From positions 1-35,643 of the forward strand of contig JBFMBF010000003.1 in NCBI GenBank assembly GCA_040755315.1: DNA of 35,643 nucleotides. The letters are read 5' to 3'. The notes under the pieces were generated by a model. It was not told where the DNA came from. It saw nothing but the letters and a program-made list of their open reading frames with translations, and searched no databases. Of this stretch, positions 19,606 through 28,802 are shown piece after piece (the stretch's first letter is position 1; every line of letters starts with the position of its first letter). The translations under genes were made by a program, and so were the position numbers. This DNA comes from Candidatus Hadarchaeota archaeon (GTDB taxonomy: Archaea; Hadarchaeota; Hadarchaeia; Hadarchaeales; Hadarchaeaceae).

Positions 19606-19857
19606 TCACTCAGCGAGGGCGGCCTTCACCGAGCCGTCTTCCAGCTTCTCGGCGCGCACGCGGACTTTGGTCGGCGGCTTCTTTATCCCCCTCTCCCAGA
19701 GCTTGTTGTTCAGGGCAATGTCCAGCTTTATTTCATCAGACTTCATGTGCCTCTCTAGGAACTCGCGGACTATTTTCGCTGCCCTCCCCGCACGCTTGTA
19801 CCTCACGGTTTTCTTGGCTTCTCGAAGCGGAATCACAAAGATTTTCTCCTCCGGCAT
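19606..19857 (-). CDS. rpl31e: 50S ribosomal protein L31e
   Basis: IPLR, KRA..A...R.F..RHMK and LN..LW.RGI.KPP.K.RV motifs. Confidence 0.95.
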   Translation of the reverse strand: MPEEKIFVIPLREAKKTVRYKRAGRAAKIVREFLERHMKSDEIKLDIALNNKLWERGIKKPPTKVRVRAEKLEDGSVKAALAE

Positions 19858-19865
19858 GACATCAC

Positions 19866-20021
19866 CTACGGCTTGGCCCTCTGCCGCCTCCAGCTGCGCT
19901 GTTTTACGTGGGTTCTTATCCTGCCCTTGGTCTTGGCCATAACCCAGACCGGAGCCCTTCTGGTGTGCCTCCCGGCCTTAGCGAGCCTCTGCTTCAGCGG
20001 TGCGGGCTTGTTTCTCGACAT
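19866..20021 (-). CDS. rpl39e: 50S ribosomal protein L39e (51 aa; absent from the ORF track)
   Basis: Manual translation MSRNKPAPLKQRLAKAGRHTRRAPVWVMAKTKGRIRTHVKQRSWRRQRAKP has the L39e P.WV..KT and R.WRR motifs and the canonical position. Confidence 0.95.
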   Translation of the reverse strand: MSRNKPAPLKQRLAKAGRHTRRAPVWVMAKTKGRIRTHVKQRSWRRQRAKP

Positions 20022-20351
20022 CTAAATTCTCCTGATTTTCGTCTCCCTTTTCTGCGAAACGACTTTGTCAAGGATGGCCTTCAGCTGGGCGTCCGTTATC
20101 TGAGAAGAAATCCTGCCAGCCTGCGCCAGTTGAATCAGTTGGAGTTCGACCTGCTCCGCGAACTCCGGCTTGGCCGCCCTTATGTTGGCGAGCCTGCCCC
20201 TAGCCTCCGGCGTAAGTATCTGCTGCATGATGGCCTTCTTCTGAGCCTCAAACTGCCGCCTGAGCTCGGCCTGCCTCCTCTGCTCCTGGGCCTGCGCCTG
20301 GAGCTCCAGCATCTTCCGCCTTCTGAGCTCCTCAATGTTTGGGTCTTCCAA
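20022..20351 (-). CDS. PDCD5-like DNA-binding protein
   Basis: EELRRRKM.ELQ, ILTPEAR.RL.NI...KPE.A..VE.QLI.LAQ.G and ITD..LK motifs. TTG start after GGAG. Confidence 0.92.
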   Translation of the reverse strand: MEDPNIEELRRRKMLELQAQAQEQRRQAELRRQFEAQKKAIMQQILTPEARGRLANIRAAKPEFAEQVELQLIQLAQAGRISSQITDAQLKAILDKVVSQKRETKIRRI

Positions 20352-20352
20352 G

Positions 20353-20772
20353 CTACTCCACCCCCTTGACGTCGCCTGCCAGCTCCTCAAGCAACTTCAC
20401 CCCCTGTGGGCTCAACTTGCGGCCAGCCCTGCCAATTTTTGTCGTGAGCCCGGCCTTCTCAAGTTGCTGGAAAATGACCCGGATGATCTTTCCCCCGGCC
20501 TTCCTGAAGTGCTCGGGCGCCTGGCCCCTGTTCTGCCTCCCGCCGTAGTACGTGCGGAGCCTTGAGACGCCTACTGGCCCCTCCAAGTAAAGCCTCCTCA
20601 TTATGGAAGCGGCCCTGCTGTACCACCAGTCCAGCTTGTCCGGAGGGCGCTCCTTGTGGGCGCCAGTCTTGGCGAAGCGGGCCCAGATAGGGGGCTCGAG
20701 CTCCTTAAGCTTTTTCAGCTCCTCGCTCAGCCGCTTTATCAACGCACCCGGCGGTACCTCTCTCACCGACAT
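20353..20772 (-). CDS. rps19e: 30S ribosomal protein S19e
   Basis: P.WA.F.KTG.HKERPP, WWY.RAAS..R..Y, GV..L...YGG and G.IIR...QQLE.AG motifs. Confidence 0.97.
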   Translation of the reverse strand: MSVREVPPGALIKRLSEELKKLKELEPPIWARFAKTGAHKERPPDKLDWWYSRAASIMRRLYLEGPVGVSRLRTYYGGRQNRGQAPEHFRKAGGKIIRVIFQQLEKAGLTTKIGRAGRKLSPQGVKLLEELAGDVKGVE

Positions 20773-20863
20773 TTTTTCACTCCTCTAAACCTCTGGAAGC
20801 GGCAATATTAACGCTTTCCCCGGCCAGAATGAACTAATATTCGTCCACCTTAAAACAGCCGAG

Positions 20864-21154
20864 TTAAACTGCCAGGCGAACTATTCGACCACACTTCAGG
20901 CAGGTTATGACCACTCGACCCGAGCGCACCCTGACGCGGCAACTGACGCCCGGTCTCCAGAAGGAAAAACACTTCCTGCAAAACTTCCGCTTCAAGTGAG
21001 CCGGCAGCCTTAGGTTGTAGCGGGTCTTGATGTTCCACGCCAGCCTAACATAACGGTCGGATAACTCGGGCCGCATTTTGAACTCTCCCTCAGCCAGCTC
21101 GAAAAGGCGCTCCACCCGTTCCATGGCTATTTTTTTGTTTGTCTCACGCACCAC
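20864..21154 (-). CDS. rnp4: ribonuclease P protein component 4 (Rpp21)
   Basis: IA.ER...LF.LA, RYV.LA, KR..C.KC....PG and C..CG zinc ribbon. Confidence 0.92.
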   Translation of the reverse strand: MVRETNKKIAMERVERLFELAEGEFKMRPELSDRYVRLAWNIKTRYNLRLPAHLKRKFCRKCFSFWRPGVSCRVRVRSGRVVITCLKCGRIVRLAV

Positions 21155-21158
21155 CTGC

Positions 21159-21851
21159 TCACCTCTGGAGGCGCCTCCCCTGGACGCCGAACCTCTCCTC
21201 GTAAGCTTGGACCAGGCGAGAAACAACAGTGGGCACCGTCAGTGCTTCTGGGTCTATGCTCACGAATTCGTCTGACAGTTTTCTGACATCTGAGAGGTAA
21301 TCGCCGTGTGGAAACCCGCCGACGACCACACAAACATCCTCATCGGCCGCAACCCCATCAAATATGTCCTCCGTCCTTTTCCGCTCGCCCTTCTCGGACA
21401 ACACCATCACCTTCTTTGGATTTATTTTTTGAATCGCCTCCGAAAGTGTCCCATTTTCCAAGTGCAGAAGCGGGGCTTCTGGCGGGACGGCACCTGTCAA
21501 GAATAACTGCTCAAACAGCCCCTCGAAGCGGCCGTACATCTTTGGAAGGTCGGCGGACGGGTTCACAGTTATGAGTTTGTTCTGCCTGGTGTGAACGTAG
21601 ACTTTCAGCAGCCCCTCTCTGTTCAACGGTGTATCTAGCGCCATCAGCAGGGAAAAGTGTATGATGTCCGGCCTGCCGCGCCTTTCTTGGTCTTTGAGCT
21701 TTTTCATGGCGGGGTAATGAAGCGAGGAGTTCAGGATCAGTTCAGTCGGCTTCCGGCCTCTCCTTCTGGCCGACCTCTGGATGGCGGGGTGGCCAGCAAT
21801 CTCCCTCGGCACCTGCTCAAGTTCGGCGTCGGCTATCACAAGATGCAGCAT
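21159..21851 (-). CDS. nep1: 16S rRNA pseudouridine N1-methyltransferase Nep1
   Basis: L.IADAELE.VP, RGRPDI.H..LL...D.PLN..G.L.VYVHT and GGFPHG.. SPOUT motifs. Confidence 0.93.
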   Translation of the reverse strand: MLHLVIADAELEQVPREIAGHPAIQRSARRRGRKPTELILNSSLHYPAMKKLKDQERRGRPDIIHFSLLMALDTPLNREGLLKVYVHTRQNKLITVNPSADLPKMYGRFEGLFEQLFLTGAVPPEAPLLHLENGTLSEAIQKINPKKVMVLSEKGERKRTEDIFDGVAADEDVCVVVGGFPHGDYLSDVRKLSDEFVSIDPEALTVPTVVSRLVQAYEERFGVQGRRLQR

Positions 21852-21907
21852 TTCACCATTTCTTCTACGGCAAGAGATATTATATGGAAGCTGTTTTAGT
21901 AAATCCG

Positions 21908-22384
21908 ATGGCAGAAAGTCCTCTCGGAGCCACCATACTTGCCATTGCGGCAATTTTCATATTCAGGGCAATAGTTGGAAAAGTTCTCCAGAGAAAACTC
22001 AATCGAATGGTGGGGCACCAGCTGCTGGCAAACGCCCTGACGACCATCTTTTCCATAACTATGATAATAGCCATACTCTATGCCTGGGGTGTCATCCAGC
22101 CCATAGTGGAGTTTCTTATTGCCTTCAGTGCTATTACTGCCGTCATTCTGTTTACCGTCAAGGACATCTGGGTGGAGAACCTTTTCGCCGGAATCTCGAT
22201 GATTGGCGACAAAACAATCAAGGTCGGGACAGAAGTGGAAATCAAGGGGAAAACCGGTAAGATAGTCGAGATGACCCTGACGGTGACAAAAATCAAAGAC
22301 ACTGGCGGGAACACTGTGATAGTCCCAAACAGGCTTTTCAGGCAAGAAGCTTTTGTTGTAAAATCTGCTGAAAAGACCACGTAA
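21908..22384 (+). CDS. small-conductance mechanosensitive channel (MscS-like, short)
   Basis: Three TM segments, then N.FAG, K.G..VEI.G..G...E..L..T......G..V.VPN. TATA at about 21878-21885. Confidence 0.85.
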   Translation: MAESPLGATILAIAAIFIFRAIVGKVLQRKLNRMVGHQLLANALTTIFSITMIIAILYAWGVIQPIVEFLIAFSAITAVILFTVKDIWVENLFAGISMIGDKTIKVGTEVEIKGKTGKIVEMTLTVTKIKDTGGNTVIVPNRLFRQEAFVVKSAEKTT

Positions 22385-22405
22385 ACACGCCCGAAGGGAG
22401 ATAAA

Positions 22406-24046
22406 ATGGAGCTCCGGCTTTATGAAAAGGGCGGCCCTCTGAAGCCAAGGCGCTACTCCAGCGGCAAGACCCAGACCGACCTCATCGGTGAGATAGTGGA
22501 CGCCTTCGACGAAAGCGACGTGGTTTTCCTGAAGGCGACCGTCGGGAGCGGCAAATCTGTTGTGGGCGTCAGGACGGCTCTTGAACTCGGCCGGGGAATC
22601 GTCTCCGTGCCCACCAAGGTGCTCTCGGACCAGTACGCCGCGAGCTACGAGGGCGAGAAGTATTTCATGAAGAAAAAGGGCGGGAAAGCAAAGATAGGGA
22701 TACTGAAGGGTAGGCGGAACTTTTCCTGCTTTTATGCCAAAGACAAGAAGAAACGGGCTACCTGCGCGGCTGTCGGACTCCCCTGCACTAGGCCGCTGAA
22801 CAAGGAGGAAGGCGAGCACAGGGCGGACGCAGTCAGGGAGTGCCCACACTGGGGATTCATCTTCCACAAAGCACTGGCCCAGTCTATCAAGGGCGCCAAG
22901 AAGTCGCCTTACGAGGGGGTGGCCGAGGAGTGGGTCTGGTGCATGAAGGGGGAGTGCCCCTACTGGAAACAGTTCGAGGCCTATCTGAAGTCCGATGTCA
23001 TCGTGATGAACTCAATGAAGTGGGCGGCTGAAGTTGCAGTAGGCAGGCTGCCCAAGGTCCCCCTGACTGTGGTTGACGAGGCCGACGATTGGCTCGACTC
23101 CCTTGCACTGAAGGTCCAAGTTACCGAAAAGAGGATTGCGGAAATAAGGCGGAAGCTGGACGACGAGGAACTCTCTGATGAGCTCGACAAGGTATGGGCG
23201 GGGACGCTGGTCGGCCGGAAGGACCCGCTCGACCTCGCGCTCTACCTCTCGGCCCTCTTGGAAGACATTGAGGAGGCAGGTGGAGATATCCTCTGGAAGC
23301 TCAAATCTGTACTGGATCACTGGGACAGCGCCGAATGCGAGGTGCGGGAAAACAGCGTCCTTTACCTGGTCCCGGATCCGCGCACTGTGCTTCAGAAGTT
23401 CATGGAGAAAGTCGGGGGGAAGTGGCTCCTGATGAGCGCTACCGTCCAGAGCAGGGAAATCCTGAAGGGAGTCTTTGGGATAGAGCCTGTTTTTCTGGAG
23501 GGCGAAACAAAGTTCCCCGGCACCCTGATACATCGCGCGACCGGGAGGGAGGAGGCAGTCAACTACCGGCGGTGGATGAACGACAGCTTCAGAGAGGGTT
23601 ACTGGAACCTTCTGTCGGAAATCATGAAAAAAGCCAAAAGACCCGGCTTCATCCCCATCCACGCCTTCAAGTACTTGCCGCCGGAGCTTTCAAAGATGGC
23701 CGCCTCAAGCGAGGCCGAAGTCTTCGAGCACGACGGGATAATGATGACTACAAAGATGGACCGCGGGGCCGACCTGAAGGGGATGGGCAGCATCATCATC
23801 ACCAAGTTTCCCTACCCCGAAAGGGAGGACCCGCTGCTGAAAGGGATGGAGAAGCGGCTCGGGGGGGAAGCATTCTGGTCTTACTACCGTGACATTGCCG
23901 AGAGGTGCTTCATCCAGCAGCTGGGTCGAGTCGTGAGGTCCGAGAAGGACAGGGCGGAGTTCTGGAGCCCTGACAGGATATGCCACGAGATGCTGATGAA
24001 GGTTTGGAAGGGCAAGGTTCAGAGGGATAACGCATGTTTCCAATAA
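22406..24046 (+). CDS. DinG/Rad3-family SF2 helicase with Cys-rich insert
   Basis: ATVGSGKS, VP.K.L..QY, KGR.NF.C, CPYW, VVDEADD, MSAT, TKFPYP and QQLGRVVR motifs. Confidence 0.85.
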   Translation: MELRLYEKGGPLKPRRYSSGKTQTDLIGEIVDAFDESDVVFLKATVGSGKSVVGVRTALELGRGIVSVPTKVLSDQYAASYEGEKYFMKKKGGKAKIGILKGRRNFSCFYAKDKKKRATCAAVGLPCTRPLNKEEGEHRADAVRECPHWGFIFHKALAQSIKGAKKSPYEGVAEEWVWCMKGECPYWKQFEAYLKSDVIVMNSMKWAAEVAVGRLPKVPLTVVDEADDWLDSLALKVQVTEKRIAEIRRKLDDEELSDELDKVWAGTLVGRKDPLDLALYLSALLEDIEEAGGDILWKLKSVLDHWDSAECEVRENSVLYLVPDPRTVLQKFMEKVGGKWLLMSATVQSREILKGVFGIEPVFLEGETKFPGTLIHRATGREEAVNYRRWMNDSFREGYWNLLSEIMKKAKRPGFIPIHAFKYLPPELSKMAASSEAEVFEHDGIMMTTKMDRGADLKGMGSIIITKFPYPEREDPLLKGMEKRLGGEAFWSYYRDIAERCFIQQLGRVVRSEKDRAEFWSPDRICHEMLMKVWKGKVQRDNACFQ

Positions 24047-24717
24047 AAGACGACAACCCGACTAGGAAGCGGCCCGTCGTGACATGGGCGCTAATCGCCA
24101 TCAATGTGGGGGTATTTGTGGGGACTTTGCTCTCGGGAACGTTCGACCAGACGATAAACGACTACGGGGTGAGGCCAGCCAGAGTTCTACAAGGGCGAGA
24201 ACTTCACGCCCTGCTCACTTCCATGTTTCTCCACGGGGGGATTTTGCACATCTTAGGCAACATGATTTACCTGTGGATATTTGGGAACAATGTTGAGGAT
24301 GTTCTTGGAAGATGCAAGTTCATCATCTTTTACCTAGCGACCGGACTTGTCGCAACATTCTCGTTCGTAGCCGTCAACCCAACTTCTGACATTCCGCTGA
24401 TCGGGGCCTCCGGGGCCATTTCGGGAATTCTCGGCGCATACATCCTGCTCTGGCCCAGGGCGCGTGTTCACACGGCGGTTGGATTCTTCTATTTCTGGAC
24501 TCTGGTTGCCATCCCGGCTGCGGCAGTGATAGGGTTCTGGTTCGTGCTGCAGCTGCTAAACATGTCCATAGTCTGGCTTGTTGGCGCTGGGGCGGAGATT
24601 GCTTACATGGCGCACATAGGCGGCTTCGTGGCTGGCATGATGCTGATACTGCCGCTGAGGGCAAAACTTGGAAAAACGAGGCCGCGGGTCACTTACACGA
24701 TAAGGTACCACTACTAA
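24034..24717 (+). CDS. rhomboid-family intramembrane serine protease
   Basis: TSMFLHGG..H..GNM..LWIFG.NVED, GASGAISG and AH.GGF motifs. Confidence 0.95.
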   Translation: MFPIKDDNPTRKRPVVTWALIAINVGVFVGTLLSGTFDQTINDYGVRPARVLQGRELHALLTSMFLHGGILHILGNMIYLWIFGNNVEDVLGRCKFIIFYLATGLVATFSFVAVNPTSDIPLIGASGAISGILGAYILLWPRARVHTAVGFFYFWTLVAIPAAAVIGFWFVLQLLNMSIVWLVGAGAEIAYMAHIGGFVAGMMLILPLRAKLGKTRPRVTYTIRYHY

Positions 24718-24762
24718 TAGCTGACGCTGAAAGATGGAAAAATTAAAAAAGTGATTTTTTGT

Positions 24763-25146
24763 TTATCTGATTTTCTTTATGTGGAAGTGTGTGAGAGTCC
24801 TTATCGCCAGGATGATGATTGCTGCGGCGGAGAACACTGCGATGTACCCGACTACCGTATTGATTACCGTCCCAATCTGGCCAGTACCAAACACATTCAT
24901 GTTGCTTGCTACCAGAAACGCCAGCGAAATCATCACCATGACATAAACTTCTTCCTCTAGCTTCTTTGAAGTTGACATGAAAAGCCCAATCAGCACTCCA
25001 AGTCCTGCGAATCCGAGCGAAACCCAAGCTGCAACGTTTGAACCGACACCGTAGTATCCTCCAACGGCTATGCCACCAACTACAGCAGCAATCAAACCTA
25101 TTACAAATAGATACCCTGCGATATGAGACAAGTCAGTTTTTGCCAC
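24763..25146 (-). CDS. hypothetical 4-TM membrane protein
   Basis: Four hydrophobic helices; GTG start after GAGGTGA. Confidence 0.75.
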   Translation of the reverse strand: MAKTDLSHIAGYLFVIGLIAAVVGGIAVGGYYGVGSNVAAWVSLGFAGLGVLIGLFMSTSKKLEEEVYVMVMISLAFLVASNMNVFGTGQIGTVINTVVGYIAVFSAAAIIILAIRTLTHFHIKKIR

Positions 25147-25191
25147 TTTTTCACCTCTTTTTGTTTTTACTACATCGGGAATTATTTAAAA

Positions 25192-26898
25192 TTATGTCTT
25201 GGAGGCTTTCCGGGTCTTCTTCCGCCTTTTGCCCTTTGGGCGCGCGGCCTTCTTCCGGGCTTTCACGCCTTTTCCAAGCAGCTCCCTGTAAGTTTCAACT
25301 ATCGCCGATGGTCTTGCGGTGGCCATGTGTCTTTTGATAATATCTATTGATTCCGCCTGTATGCGCTGGAGTTTCTCTGGAACCATCCCCCGCCGCTCCA
25401 CCTTCCCAGCTAGCTGAAGTCTTTTCAGAGCATCCAACAGCCCGCGGCGCTCTATCTCATCCAGCCGCTTCCTGTCCGTGATGTCTACGAAAACACCTCT
25501 CATGCCAACAGTCTGGCCTGCGTGGACTATTGGGGTGAGCCGCATAAGCGCTGCAAACTTTCCGCCGTCCTTTTTGACCGCTGTGTACTCTCCGCTGACC
25601 ACGCTCTTTTCAATTCGGGCTTTCTCCATGTCCTTTCTAGCCCTTTCCCTATCACTTGGAGCCAAAAGCTGAGTCAGCTCCAAGCCTTCCTCCAAATCCT
25701 TCGGGAAATAGCCGAAAGTGTTGTACCCAGCAAGGTTGAAGAAAGCGAGCCTTCCGGTCTCGTCTGTTTCAAACACGGGCTCGGGCAGCAGGCCCATAAG
25801 GCCTTTGAACCTCCTCTCGCTATCGTGCAGTCCGGCCTCAGCCCGCTCCAGCTCAGCGACAGTTTTCTCAAGTTGGGCTGTTCTTTCACGAACCATTCTT
25901 TCGAGCTCTTCCCTGCGCGCGAACGCAATTTTCTCGTCCTCCAAAACGCCAGTTGGCAGCCCCCTCACGACTTCTGGAAAATCTTTCACTGACTTGTAAC
26001 CATCTTTCACTTCCCGATAGATGTTGCTGAACACCCTCTTCGCGAACTCTGACGAAGTTATTGCGCCGTAGAGTTCTATCAGGCGGGAATTTAGTCCTGA
26101 AAATGCGGGAGGAATTGAGCTTAGGGACCTTTTTTCATTCATTTCTGCCAAGGCCTTCAATGCCTTTTCTGTTTTCAAAAAACCTCTCTCCGTGAACTCG
26201 CAGCCTCTGAGTATCTCGTGCTCTCCAGCCGCCTGCGCCAGAGCATCTCTCATTAACCCCACGCCAGTCACAGTGGCTGCCGTGGCCGAAAACCTGCTTG
26301 TCAGGTCAGAGTAAGCGCGCAATAGCCGGAGGTCGGCCCTGAGAAGTTCCTCATCTGCCGCGCCGGCGGAAACGGCCGATGGTCGTGTGGAACGGTACAA
26401 CATCATCTCGCTTGTGATAAATGCGATAAAAAACGCGGCAAATGAAAGCTGGACAATGACGACAAAAATTTCCGGCTGGATTTCAAACCAAAAAGACAAG
26501 GCCCAGAGGGGCAACACGACGGCCAATACAATAGAGATTCCGGCCAAGCGTAGAACCCCGTAACGGAACTTTCTCAGCAATTCGGGCCAAGGCAGGCCCC
26601 CGGTAGCCTTTCTGACTGTCATCCCTGAGTGGGCCATGCCGATGAAGACGCTTGCCGCACCCAAAAGAAAAACTGAAAATGGAAGAAGCCTCGCGCCGAC
26701 AATTTGGTTTGAGAGATAGTGCTGGACGGGGAAATAAATGCTCACAACAACGAAAAGTATGACCCCGACCGCGATGGGGTATTGGGCATGAGCACCCCTC
26801 AACACGTGAACATTTCTCAACGTGTAATAAACAAGTATAATTGCCAAAATCACGTTCACAACACCGAAGAGGTTGATGGCAAGTGTATTTACATCCAT
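25192..26898 (-). CDS. membrane PAS-domain sensor protein without kinase output (paralog B)
   Basis: About 5 TM segments, helical domain, coiled coil, PAS (SERRF...LP..FETD..G...N...FGY...KKDG..F...GVFVDITDRK) and basic tail. Confidence 0.85.
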   Translation of the reverse strand: MDVNTLAINLFGVVNVILAIILVYYTLRNVHVLRGAHAQYPIAVGVILFVVVSIYFPVQHYLSNQIVGARLLPFSVFLLGAASVFIGMAHSGMTVRKATGGLPWPELLRKFRYGVLRLAGISIVLAVVLPLWALSFWFEIQPEIFVVIVQLSFAAFFIAFITSEMMLYRSTRPSAVSAGAADEELLRADLRLLRAYSDLTSRFSATAATVTGVGLMRDALAQAAGEHEILRGCEFTERGFLKTEKALKALAEMNEKRSLSSIPPAFSGLNSRLIELYGAITSSEFAKRVFSNIYREVKDGYKSVKDFPEVVRGLPTGVLEDEKIAFARREELERMVRERTAQLEKTVAELERAEAGLHDSERRFKGLMGLLPEPVFETDETGRLAFFNLAGYNTFGYFPKDLEEGLELTQLLAPSDRERARKDMEKARIEKSVVSGEYTAVKKDGGKFAALMRLTPIVHAGQTVGMRGVFVDITDRKRLDEIERRGLLDALKRLQLAGKVERRGMVPEKLQRIQAESIDIIKRHMATARPSAIVETYRELLGKGVKARKKAARPKGKRRKKTRKASKT

Positions 26899-26909
26899 CT
26901 TCCCACCTG

Positions 26910-28589
26910 TTAAAAGCGCCGCTTAGCCGCTCTTTTGCCCGCGGTCTTTTTTTGTTTCTTCATGGGTTTCACGATGTACTCCTTGTACGCCTCCACAACC
27001 GGGGCTGGCCTTTCCATTATATGTTTTTTGATGATGTCTATTGACTCGGCCTGCAGACGCTGCAGTCTTTCAGGGACTCTCCCGACCTTTTCAACTTTCT
27101 GGGCCTGCTGCAGCTTTTGCAGAACATCCACCATGCCCTGACGCTGTATCTCTTCCACTTGCTTGCGGTGTGTGATGTCAACAATTACTCCCTTTAAACT
27201 TACTGGTTCCACCTTTTTAACAAAATTCATGTAAACCAATGCAGGGAATGTGCTGCCGTCTTTCCTCATTGCCGCGCATTCCTCGCCGAGCGGTTTTTTC
27301 CCCTCGAAGAGTTTTTCAATGAACTGTTTGCACCTCTTGCATTCATTGGGAGACAAAAGCTGGAACACACTCAAACCTTTGCTCAAGTCTTCCTGAGTGT
27401 ATCCAAAAGTTTCAAACCCCGAAGGATTAACAAACGTAAGTTTTCCTGATTTGTCCATTTCAATTATTGCTACTGGCAGCAAGTTAACAAGCTCCCTGAA
27501 CCTATTTTCGCTTTCACGCAACTCTTGTTCGGCCTGCTCGAGTTCGGTAGATGTCTTTTTCAGCTCGGTTATTTTCTCAATGACTTTTTGCTCTAACTCC
27601 ACCTTGGGAGCCAGTTTTAGCTTTTCACCCTCCAGAACACCGGCCGGCATCCCATTTGCTATTACAGGAAATGTTTTCAGCGAGATGTAGCGTCCGTTCG
27701 TGTAGTTGTAAATGTTTTCAAAAGCTCGCTTAGCGACCTCGGGAGATGTGGCTCCGCTGTAAACTTCCATTAAACGTGTATTGAACGCGGCAAAAGCTGC
27801 GGATATTTTTTTAATATTTCTCTTTTCGTCAGTATTGTCCAAGGTTTTCATAGCATTGTCCACCCTCAAAAATCCATTTTCACCCAACTCACAATCGCCA
27901 AGGATCTCGTGATTTATCGAACACTGGAGAAATGCGTCTTTCAGCGGCCCGAAGCCTGTTACTAACGCCGTGGTTGCAATGAACCTGTTTGTCAGGTCTG
28001 AGTAAGCCCTGAGCAACCCGATGTCTTCCCTGAGCAGCTCTTCAGGCACAGATTCCGAAACTGTGGCTGGCGATTGCAGGGCTTTCCAATATTTGCGCTC
28101 ACCTAAGGCCAAACTCACAAACGCTAGCGCCCAAACACTAGCGTTGGCGACGCTGAGCCACGATTGGGTGCCGAGCGGCGTGAATAACGTGTCTAATAAA
28201 AATACTGGCACGCCTGCCAACACGAGAATTGTGGCGCCAAACAAAAAGAATTTGCCGTGCGGCATTTCAAGTGCCAACTTTAACCACGAATTTGAGTATA
28301 CCTTTTTGACGTCCTTTCCCCTCAGCAGCCCACCTGCCACTACCAAAGAAAGCGCAACCACCCAAGAAATGTACTGCGCGCCGATTATCCATGGACCGAA
28401 TAAGAAGTAAAATTCCGCCAGACTTATTAGCGTTGCAATTAAAAATCCAATCGCTCCGGCAGCCATTACTCGATGTCCCAACGGACCACGCATCATGCGT
28501 GCATTTTTTAAAACATAAAACGTGAACACTACCGTTGAAAGGAAAAATATGGTTCCAAAAATGTATATTGGAATTGTTATTGCGTCCAT
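26910..28589 (-). CDS. membrane PAS-domain sensor protein without kinase output (paralog A)
   Basis: Same architecture as 25192-26898. Shared motifs LLRAYSDLT.RF, HEIL..C, P.GVLE.EK and VPE.LQR.QAESIDIIK.H. Confidence 0.85.
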   Translation of the reverse strand: MDAITIPIYIFGTIFFLSTVVFTFYVLKNARMMRGPLGHRVMAAGAIGFLIATLISLAEFYFLFGPWIIGAQYISWVVALSLVVAGGLLRGKDVKKVYSNSWLKLALEMPHGKFFLFGATILVLAGVPVFLLDTLFTPLGTQSWLSVANASVWALAFVSLALGERKYWKALQSPATVSESVPEELLREDIGLLRAYSDLTNRFIATTALVTGFGPLKDAFLQCSINHEILGDCELGENGFLRVDNAMKTLDNTDEKRNIKKISAAFAAFNTRLMEVYSGATSPEVAKRAFENIYNYTNGRYISLKTFPVIANGMPAGVLEGEKLKLAPKVELEQKVIEKITELKKTSTELEQAEQELRESENRFRELVNLLPVAIIEMDKSGKLTFVNPSGFETFGYTQEDLSKGLSVFQLLSPNECKRCKQFIEKLFEGKKPLGEECAAMRKDGSTFPALVYMNFVKKVEPVSLKGVIVDITHRKQVEEIQRQGMVDVLQKLQQAQKVEKVGRVPERLQRLQAESIDIIKKHIMERPAPVVEAYKEYIVKPMKKQKKTAGKRAAKRRF

Positions 28590-28689
28590 GCCTTTGACAC
28601 CCCATATTCTTTACAGTTGCTCGCCATCTTCCCCCATTAAATGTCATACCACTGGCATTTGTGTTTTTCGGTAAAGTGGGTTTGGTAAG

Positions 28690-28766
28690 TGGTGCGGCAG
28701 GCGGGATTTGAACCCGCGTTGCAGCCTTGGCAAGGCTGTGTCTTAGCCAAGCTGGACCACTGCCGC
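28690..28766 (-). tRNA. tRNA-Gly(GCC), intronless, CCA encoded
   Basis: GCGGCAG TG GTC CAGCTTGGCTAA GAC A CAGCC TT GCC AA GGCTG CAAC GCGGG TTCAAAT CCCGC CTGCCGC A CCA. Confidence 0.95.
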
Positions 28767-28802
28767 CCGAAAAAAGTCCGCTGTATCACAATTAAGCGTT
28801 TT

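Noticed and set aside
21896..22867. Long antisense ORFs (323 aa here; also 3600-4439, 9630-10304, 23012-23662, 28840-29463)
   Set aside because: These are shadow ORFs opposite well-supported genes in GC-rich DNA, with no recognisable motifs.
24763..28766. Genomic island integrated at tRNA-Gly (more AT-rich PAS genes downstream of the tRNA 3' end)
   Set aside because: No duplicated tRNA 3' end (att site) and no integrase were found in the window. Composition alone is insufficient.
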